64,000 bases of DNA from contig CAYMSV010000001.1 of the NCBI GenBank assembly GCA_964393205.1, forward strand, positions 103,440-167,439, written 5' to 3'. The notes under the pieces are model-generated. The model was given only the letters and a program-made list of their open reading frames with translations. It had not been told where the DNA came from and searched no databases. The position numbers were made by a program, and so were the translations under genes. This DNA is from an uncultured Pseudomonadales bacterium. GTDB lineage: Bacteria > Patescibacteriota > Microgenomatia > UBA1400 > PJMF01. Positions 57,621-64,000 of the stretch are shown here, one piece after another. Positions within the stretch are counted from its first letter, which is position 1. Each line of letters begins with the position of its first letter.

Positions 57621-58268
57621 ATGAAAACAAAAATCAATAAAATGGACTTTTTAGTTGCTCTTTACATTACCTGTTTAGCTTTAGCTGAAATTATGAGTAT
57701 GAAGACCATTCCTTTGTTCAAAGTTTTTAATTATCAATTAAATGTCAGTGTGGGTATTTTTGTTTTTCCGATTTTATTTGCTATCAATGATGTTATTACT
57801 GAAGTGAAGGGTAAAGAAAGAGCTAAACAATTAGTTTTCAGTAGTTTAATTATGGTGGCTATTATTATGGCTTATTCAATTTTTGTGACTTGGTTGCCCG
57901 AGTCAGCAAGATTTAATGATGGTGAAGCTTATAATCTAATTTTTTCAAGAGCAGCTAGAATTTCTTTTGCTAGCTTAGTGGCCTTTTTGGTCTCGGGTTT
58001 ACTGGATGTAGCCATCTTTCATAGGATCAAAGTTAAAACTAAAGGAAAAATGTTGTGGTTGCGTAGCAATGCCTCTAATTTTATCTCTCAATTGGTAGAT
58101 ACCTTTATTTTTATCAGTATTGCTTTCTACTCTTTTCAATATGGTATAAATTCTAATTTGAGTTTTATTTTTAGCATTGTTATTCCCTATTGGCTACTTA
58201 AGTGTTTTATGTCGGTGGTAGAAACCCCACTTACCTATTGGGGCGTGAAGTGGTTGTCAAAAAAATAA
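57621..58268 (+). CDS. Queuosine precursor transporter (YhhQ/DUF165)
   Basis: GIFVFPILFAINDVITEVKG; RISFASLVAFLVS...D; WLRSNASNFISQLVDTFIF. Confidence 0.92.
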   Translation: MKTKINKMDFLVALYITCLALAEIMSMKTIPLFKVFNYQLNVSVGIFVFPILFAINDVITEVKGKERAKQLVFSSLIMVAIIMAYSIFVTWLPESARFNDGEAYNLIFSRAARISFASLVAFLVSGLLDVAIFHRIKVKTKGKMLWLRSNASNFISQLVDTFIFISIAFYSFQYGINSNLSFIFSIVIPYWLLKCFMSVVETPLTYWGVKWLSKK

Positions 58269-58303
58269 AATTATTTGTTTATCAAGAGTTTAGTCTATAT
58301 AAT
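58268..58303 (+). promoter_or_regulatory. Sigma70 promoter, copy 1 of a duplicated element
   Basis: AAATTATTTGTTTATC; TTGTTT-N17-TATAAT-N8-ATG. Confidence 0.75.
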
Positions 58304-58311
58304 TAAAAAAC

Positions 58312-60132
58312 ATGACTAAAAAAAATTTAAAAATTTTGAAATTAATTAAGACTAAAAAAAATCTTTTAATTTTATTATTTTTAATCTTTTTAGCTAATTT
58401 TGCATTGAAGATTTTTAAAATTAGCTCGATTCCCCCAGGATTGACTTATGATGAGCTTGTTTATGTTGCCGAATCCCAAGTTATTTTAAAACATGGTACT
58501 GATGTGAGTGGTGATTGGCGACCGTGGAGTTTTTCACCTTCTAAACCTCTATATTCTGAATTGACTAGCACGACATTAATTCCAGGTTTTTTGCTTTTTT
58601 CCAACAATCCACTTTTGGCCATTAAAATAGTTCCAGTATTAATGGGTAGCTCAATTCCGGTTTTCTTAGCACTAATTGTTTTTTATTTTTTTAAAAACAA
58701 AACTTATTTGCTCAGTGTTGCTTTGCTTGCTACTCTTAATCCTTGGATTTTTCAATTTTCCAGAATGGGCTTTGATTCTTTGTTTAGTATATTTTTTTAT
58801 TTATTTGGTATAGTTTCTTTATTATATTTAAACAAATGGTGGAAGCTTTTGGCAGCCGCGCCGTTTTTTTGGGGATTTTTCCAATATCAGGGTCATAAAA
58901 TAATTTTGATTCCTTTAGTAGGGCTAGTTTATTTAATGTTTTTTATTGAAGAGTTTGTTAAATATAAGAAGTTTGGGTTTGGCGATAAACTAAAAAAGAT
59001 TTTTATAAAAACCTTACCGACTTTACTAGTCCTCATTTTTATTTTTCTATTAACTACTAACTATTTATTTAGATTAAAAACAATGAATTCAGCGATGAGA
59101 AGTGAAGAGTTTTCTTTAATTAACCAAGAAACATTGGCCAACATGGTTATTGAAAAAAGAAGATTGGCTTTTGATTCTCCTCTAGCAAGAATTTTTGATA
59201 ATAAGCTTACGGCTTACGTAGCTTTGGTTTGTCGGAGTTTACTAAAGTCTTTTGATCCTTATCTACTTTTCCTGAGAGGTGATTTGGTGGTTGATACTTT
59301 TGCAGTAACCGATTATGGTTTTTTTCATCGAATAGATATAGTTTTACTTCTATTATTTTTTGTATTAATTGCTCAATCTGTAAAAAGATTTTCTTTGATT
59401 TTATTTTTCTTTTTGTCTTTTACCCTAATAGGGACTTTTCCCAATCTTATTAAAAATCAGGAGACTTGGATAACTTTTAGAGGTTCTTTTGCTTTTTTGG
59501 GCTTAGTGATGATGAGTGGTATTGGTTTAGGCTCATTGATCAATCAATTAAAAACTAAAAAAGGGAAAGTTTTCTTAATTGTATTTTACTTCTTACTTAC
59601 TTCTTCATTTTTTTATACTTATTTTTTTCGCTATCCAATCACTCAAACTTTAAATAGAGGTTTTTATCATAGATTGTTGGCAAACTATGTAGACAGAAAT
59701 CCTGATAGCAAATTTGTTTTGGTGACTGATTTAACAACTGCCAGCTATGATTACCTGCTAACTTATAATCAATATATTAAAACTGAACCGGAATCAATGA
59801 TTAATCAATTTGCTAATGAAAGTAATAAAAAAATTGATAAGGGAAGGATTAGAATATTTGAAGATTGTCCCGAAAATTTAAATACAACAGTTGATAAAGA
59901 TACAATTCTAATAGTTGATCGCTTAAAAGAACCTTGTGCTTTAGAAAAAAAGCCAACACACAATAGCCAGATAGTTTCATTAATAGACGGCGGCACTCAT
60001 TTTTCTATATATAATGATCAGCTTTGTTCTCAGTTTTCACTTCAATCCTATGTCAACCTTAAACAAAATTATTTAGCCATTGAAAAGTTAGATTTAGAAA
60101 CATTTTGTACTTCTTTTTTGATTAGTCGCTAA
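58312..60132 (+). CDS. GT-C (ArnT/PMT-like, GT39/83) glycosyltransferase
   Basis: IPPGLTYDE..Y; G.D.SGD..P; LNPWIFQFSR; FDPYLLFLRGD; many TM segments. Confidence 0.85.
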   Translation: MTKKNLKILKLIKTKKNLLILLFLIFLANFALKIFKISSIPPGLTYDELVYVAESQVILKHGTDVSGDWRPWSFSPSKPLYSELTSTTLIPGFLLFSNNPLLAIKIVPVLMGSSIPVFLALIVFYFFKNKTYLLSVALLATLNPWIFQFSRMGFDSLFSIFFYLFGIVSLLYLNKWWKLLAAAPFFWGFFQYQGHKIILIPLVGLVYLMFFIEEFVKYKKFGFGDKLKKIFIKTLPTLLVLIFIFLLTTNYLFRLKTMNSAMRSEEFSLINQETLANMVIEKRRLAFDSPLARIFDNKLTAYVALVCRSLLKSFDPYLLFLRGDLVVDTFAVTDYGFFHRIDIVLLLLFFVLIAQSVKRFSLILFFFLSFTLIGTFPNLIKNQETWITFRGSFAFLGLVMMSGIGLGSLINQLKTKKGKVFLIVFYFLLTSSFFYTYFFRYPITQTLNRGFYHRLLANYVDRNPDSKFVLVTDLTTASYDYLLTYNQYIKTEPESMINQFANESNKKIDKGRIRIFEDCPENLNTTVDKDTILIVDRLKEPCALEKKPTHNSQIVSLIDGGTHFSIYNDQLCSQFSLQSYVNLKQNYLAIEKLDLETFCTSFLISR

Positions 60133-60166
60133 ATTATTTGTTTATCCAGTTTTTAGGTTATATAAT
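60131..60166 (+). promoter_or_regulatory. Sigma70 promoter, copy 2 of a duplicated element
   Basis: AAATTATTTGTTTATC; TTGTTT-N17-TATAAT-N7-ATG. Confidence 0.75.
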
Positions 60167-60173
60167 CTAAGAA

Positions 60174-60776
60174 ATGAAAAGAAAAAAACTAAGAGTTGGT
60201 TTTGATTTAGATGGGGTTTTACTTTATAACCCAGCTCGAATTGTGCGCCCCATTATTTCTTTAATGAAAAAAAAGAAGGTGTTGATCGATCGTGAGGAGC
60301 TTGAGTTTTATGTTCCCAAACCAGGAGTTGGTCAATTTTTTTGGGAATTACTGCACAAATCTAGTGTGTGGGTGGCTCCAGGTTTTGAGCAAATTGAGCA
60401 GTTAAAGAATCAAAAATTGATAGAGCCTTATTTAATCACTGGGCGCTTTGGTCATTTAAAACAAGATTATTTAAAATGGAAACAGAAAATGAGAGCTGAC
60501 CAACTTTTTCTTAATTGTTATATGAATGACCGAGATGAGCAACCACATCTCTTCAAAGAAAGAATGATTAAGGAATTGAAATTAGATGTTTTTATTGAAG
60601 ATAATTGGGATATTGTTCAATATTTAGATCAAACTTTTAGCCAAAAACAGGACAATCAAGATTTGGTAAAAATTATTTGGTTGAGTAATATCTTAGATTT
60701 CAAAATTAATTATCACGCAAAAGCAAATAATTTAAAACAAGCCCTATCACTTATTAATTTTAGGCGAGAAAACTGA
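60174..60776 (+). CDS. HAD-superfamily hydrolase
   Basis: Motif I VGFDLDGVL; motif II ITGR; K; motif IV FIEDN. Confidence 0.8.
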   Translation: MKRKKLRVGFDLDGVLLYNPARIVRPIISLMKKKKVLIDREELEFYVPKPGVGQFFWELLHKSSVWVAPGFEQIEQLKNQKLIEPYLITGRFGHLKQDYLKWKQKMRADQLFLNCYMNDRDEQPHLFKERMIKELKLDVFIEDNWDIVQYLDQTFSQKQDNQDLVKIIWLSNILDFKINYHAKANNLKQALSLINFRREN

Positions 60777-61924
60777 TGAAAAGGGTCACTATTGTCAGTG
60801 ATTTTTATATTCCTCATTGGACTGGAATTTCTAAATCAATTGCTTATTTAGCTAGAGCAATCAAAGAAGAATTTGCGACAACTGTTTTAACTGTGCAGTT
60901 TAAAAAAAAGCTTCCTTTAGAAGAACAAGAAGCGGGCTTAAAAATAATTCGTCGACCATATCTTTTTTCTTTGAGTCGAGCTAAATTTTCTTTTTCCCTC
61001 ATTTTCTATTTTTTAAAAAATATTAATAAAACAGATATTGTTTTAATTAATTCTCCCTCTATTCATATTTTACCGATTAGTTTAATTGCTAAACTATTTG
61101 GAAAAAAATTGCTAATTTTTCATCAGGGCGATTTAATTTTACCCAAAGGCTTGCTAAATTATTTGATTGAGAAATTTTTTGACTTAGCGAGTCTCATAAG
61201 TTTTTACTTAGCTCAAAAACTGGCGACTTACACCCAAGATTATGCTTTTAATTCTAGACTATTAAAAAAGTTTATTAATAAAACAGTGGCTTTTGTGCCA
61301 CCTCTGCCCTATTTTGTTGAAGATGAGGAACAGAAAAAGGCTGATCCTAAAATTGAAAAAAAATTATTAAAACTCAAAAAAAAGAAAAAGTTTTTAATAG
61401 GTTTTGCCGGTAGATTTACTGAAGAAAAGGGTTTTGATGTTTTATTGAAAGCAGCTACACAGCTCAGTAAAAAAAGAAAGGATTTTGTTCTAATTTTTGC
61501 TGGTGAGACCAATATTGCTTATGAAAAAACTTTTTTAAGAAATAAAGCTCTCGTTGATGGTTTAGAAAATAAACTGATTTTTTTGGGTTTATTAGATGAC
61601 AGTCAATTGAAGGCTTTTTATCAGTTGTTAGATTTATTTATTTTACCCTCTCGTTCAGAATGTTTTGCTTTGGTGCAGGCAGAAGCTATGGCACAAAAAA
61701 CTCCAGTTTTAGTTTCCAATATAGCTGGAGCTAGAGATCCAGTTAGACAAAGCAATTTTGGTTTATTATTTGAGTCAGAAAATTCACATGATTTGGCAAA
61801 AAAAATTGAAGAATATTTGAATGCATCGCAAACTTTTCACAATAAATTTAGAAAAGTTCTGGAATATTTTGATTATAAAAAATCTCAAAAAGCTCTGTTA
61901 GACTTTTTAAATACAGTTAGCTAA
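60776..61924 (+). CDS. Glycosyltransferase family 4
   Basis: FAGRFTEEKGFDVL; FILPSRSECFALVQAEAMA..TPV. Confidence 0.93.
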   Translation: MKRVTIVSDFYIPHWTGISKSIAYLARAIKEEFATTVLTVQFKKKLPLEEQEAGLKIIRRPYLFSLSRAKFSFSLIFYFLKNINKTDIVLINSPSIHILPISLIAKLFGKKLLIFHQGDLILPKGLLNYLIEKFFDLASLISFYLAQKLATYTQDYAFNSRLLKKFINKTVAFVPPLPYFVEDEEQKKADPKIEKKLLKLKKKKKFLIGFAGRFTEEKGFDVLLKAATQLSKKRKDFVLIFAGETNIAYEKTFLRNKALVDGLENKLIFLGLLDDSQLKAFYQLLDLFILPSRSECFALVQAEAMAQKTPVLVSNIAGARDPVRQSNFGLLFESENSHDLAKKIEEYLNASQTFHNKFRKVLEYFDYKKSQKALLDFLNTVS

Positions 61925-61926
61925 AA

Positions 61927-63663
61927 CTAATTACTTATTCTTTTAAAAATCAGCACCTCTGGATGGTCGTAAACTGTAAAAGCTTCATCGGCCCAAGAAT
62001 CATTAAAACTAATTGGGATACCCAAATATTCTAAACTAGGATGAGATTTAAATTGAGCCACAAGTTTAAAATTGCCTTTGCCGCTCAGTAGGTCTTGATA
62101 AAATTTACTCATTTGTGGATATTTTTCTGGTAATCTTATAATGCTCCCCCAAGCTCGATTTGAAGACAAAATGTAGTAGTCAGCTTTGGATAGAATTGAT
62201 TGCATTTCCAGCCATTTACTCTCGTTATCAGGGCTAAAAACTGCTAACTCTTGGTTCTCATAATATTGAGAATAATCTTTTTTGATTGGTAAAGTATCAT
62301 CCCAATGTTCGGTAATTAATAAATTTCTGCTTGGGATATTTTCATAAATCCACTCAGATGCTTGGATACGAGAATGAGGTTTAATATAAATAGAAATAAA
62401 CATTAGTGGCCAGATGCTTAGTGTAAAGATAAGAATAGTTGTATAAAGTAATTTATTAGCTCTTTCTTTTAAAAAATTACTAACTCCGAATCCAGCAAAA
62501 ATAGCTAAGAATGGATAAACAATTAGATAATATCTAATTGATTGGACAAACTGTTGTGAATAATAAGTTAAAAAACAAAATAACCAAAATAAAACTAAGG
62601 TTAATGCTAATAATTCAGCTTCTAGCTTTGGTTTTTTAAAAGATAAAATAATTTTTTTAATTGAGAGTGTAATCCCTTTGATGGCTAACATACTAGCCAC
62701 TAAGCCGAAGCCGAAAAACACTAAATTTTTTAAACCAAAAAATCTTGAGCGATCTATCCACTGAATAGCTGGTGGAAACCAGACTTCATTCCCCTCTAAA
62801 GATCTAAGTTCTTTTAAGTTGTTTATAAAATTGTTGGCTAAATTAATTTGAAAAAAAGAAGTATTTTCAAAAATATATGGTGAGCTGATACGTAAAGATA
62901 AATAAGTACTAATAAAAAAAATAAAAATTATGCGAAAGATTTTAATTAGGTTTTTTTTATAAGATTGTTTAGCAAATTGTTTTTTTATTGGCCAAAAATA
63001 GCTTAAAGCTAAAAGGCTCAAATTAAGCGGCAAAATGAAGACGCCTGATATTTTGCTGGAAATTGCTAATCCTGAAAAAATTCCACTTGCAATTAGCCAA
63101 CAAAGTTTTCTTTTGAAAAAAAACTGCAAGCTAAAATAAAAACTAGCAAAAACAAATAAATTTAAAAAAGTGTCAGTGGTAAAAAAGTGGGCTTGTTGAA
63201 TTGGTAAAACTGATAAGGCATAAATAAAGATGGCCCAGAACTTAGTGTTGGGATCTATTTTTAGTTTTTTATCTTTTAAGTTTTTTTCCAGTAGTAAAAC
63301 TGTCAAATAAATGATGGGAATGACTAGTAAGTCGGCCAAAGCCGATAATAATCGACCGGTAATAGTAATTTCCTCTAAGGAGTCTTGTTTTAATAAACTA
63401 GTGACTAATTTGTTTAGTGAAGGAGCTAAGTTACCATAAACAAAAAAGCTTCTTTCATGATTTCGGGGGTTGAGTCTAGAAAGCTGTGGGTCAAAATATT
63501 CGCTCAAACTATTTGGGATTTCTAGTTCCTTAATGGTCATATTTAGGAATCTTTCGTCAGGATGTAAGAAATGTCCTTGATCCCAATTAATATTGATTAA
63601 TCTCAAGCTAGCAGCTAGAAATAAGATGAAGATCGGGAGAAGCTTTTTTTTAAATTTTGACAC
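61927..63663 (-). CDS. GT-C (PMT_2/ArnT-like) glycosyltransferase
   Basis: LRLININWDQGHFLHPDERF; FFVYG; PIQQAHFFTTD; EHWDD; ADEAFTVYDHP. Confidence 0.88.
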   Translation of the reverse strand: MSKFKKKLLPIFILFLAASLRLININWDQGHFLHPDERFLNMTIKELEIPNSLSEYFDPQLSRLNPRNHERSFFVYGNLAPSLNKLVTSLLKQDSLEEITITGRLLSALADLLVIPIIYLTVLLLEKNLKDKKLKIDPNTKFWAIFIYALSVLPIQQAHFFTTDTFLNLFVFASFYFSLQFFFKRKLCWLIASGIFSGLAISSKISGVFILPLNLSLLALSYFWPIKKQFAKQSYKKNLIKIFRIIFIFFISTYLSLRISSPYIFENTSFFQINLANNFINNLKELRSLEGNEVWFPPAIQWIDRSRFFGLKNLVFFGFGLVASMLAIKGITLSIKKIILSFKKPKLEAELLALTLVLFWLFCFLTYYSQQFVQSIRYYLIVYPFLAIFAGFGVSNFLKERANKLLYTTILIFTLSIWPLMFISIYIKPHSRIQASEWIYENIPSRNLLITEHWDDTLPIKKDYSQYYENQELAVFSPDNESKWLEMQSILSKADYYILSSNRAWGSIIRLPEKYPQMSKFYQDLLSGKGNFKLVAQFKSHPSLEYLGIPISFNDSWADEAFTVYDHPEVLIFKRISN

Positions 63664-63728
63664 AACTTAATTATATAATAGCCCGACCCGTAACAGCTCA
63701 AGCAAAATTGTGTTACACTATTCTTACT

Positions 63729-64000
63729 ATGACAGATCAAAGTCAATTTCCCCATCAAGTTACAAAGGTAGATAAACGCTCTTGGTTTAAACGTTTAGGC
63801 AGTTCGCTCAGAGGTGTTTTAACCGGTTTACTGCTTTTTGTTATCGCCTTTCCTATTTTAATTTGGAATGAGGGGCGAAGTATTCAGATTGATCGCAGCT
63901 TACAAGAGGGAGCTAGTGTCGTAGAAAGTACTGAGGTTGATAGTATTAATCCTGAACAAGATGAAAAATTAATCCATTTTATTGGTGAAGCTCGTACTCC
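63729..64000 (+). CDS. TMEM43 family protein (partial, runs off the window; absent from the ORF track)
   Basis: Translated by hand: MTDQSQFPHQVTKVDKRSWFKRLGSSLRGVLTGLLLFVIAFPILIWNEGRSIQ...LQEG...INPEQDEKLIH; SW..RL..S..G...G and WNEGR are TMEM43 hallmarks. Confidence 0.85.
   Translation, partial: MTDQSQFPHQVTKVDKRSWFKRLGSSLRGVLTGLLLFVIAFPILIWNEGRSIQIDRSLQEGASVVESTEVDSINPEQDEKLIHFIGEART

Noticed and set aside
1227-61512. Numerous 60-125 aa ORFs antisense to or nested in housekeeping genes
   Set aside because: They are shadow frames of well-supported genes, with no motifs or independent expression signals.
1-64000. Genetic code 25 (TGA = Gly) as in Gracilibacteria/Absconditabacteria
   Set aside because: Long conserved genes are intact under code 11, and several (e.g. 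clpB) end at TGA.

Overview
AT-rich, densely packed chromosomal window from a Candidate Phyla Radiation (Patescibacteria) bacterium, most likely Microgenomates/OP11. Support comes from 16S primer-site variants, a DUF5660-like gene, trigger factor without a PPIase domain, a shortened PheT, and TGA used as stop (code 11). Housekeeping content: PBP1A, infC-rpmI-rplT-pheS-pheT, tig, pcrA, femAB-like, pyrH, gap, tpiA, lon, clpB, mnmA, uvrB-uvrA-uvrC, four tRNAs (Val-GAC, Ile-GAT, Arg-TCT, His-GTG) and a stand-alone 16S rRNA gene with no linked 23S. There are also several GT-C glycosyltransferases. Most notable observations: (1) a secreted/membrane operon at 33.7-41.0 kb resembling an usher-less CS1/WxL-like surface filament system, with two pilin-like subunits, two membrane-anchored DUF916-like chaperones and an anchored Ig protein carrying a donor-strand-like N-terminus; (2) a 7TM / ATP-grasp ligase / DUF1704 (MATCAP-like) peptidase module, a candidate writer-eraser peptide-tagging system; (3) an unannotated leader-peptide attenuator between rplT and pheS; (4) a 287-nt dual-coding overlap between a transglutaminase and uvrC; (5) CIRCE-like operators before lon and clpB; (6) an sxtJ/sxtI/sxtK-like carbamoyltransferase trio; (7) many apparently leaderless promoters. 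No transposase, integrase, prophage or CRISPR array was seen. All family assignments come from motif recognition by eye; no database searches were run.
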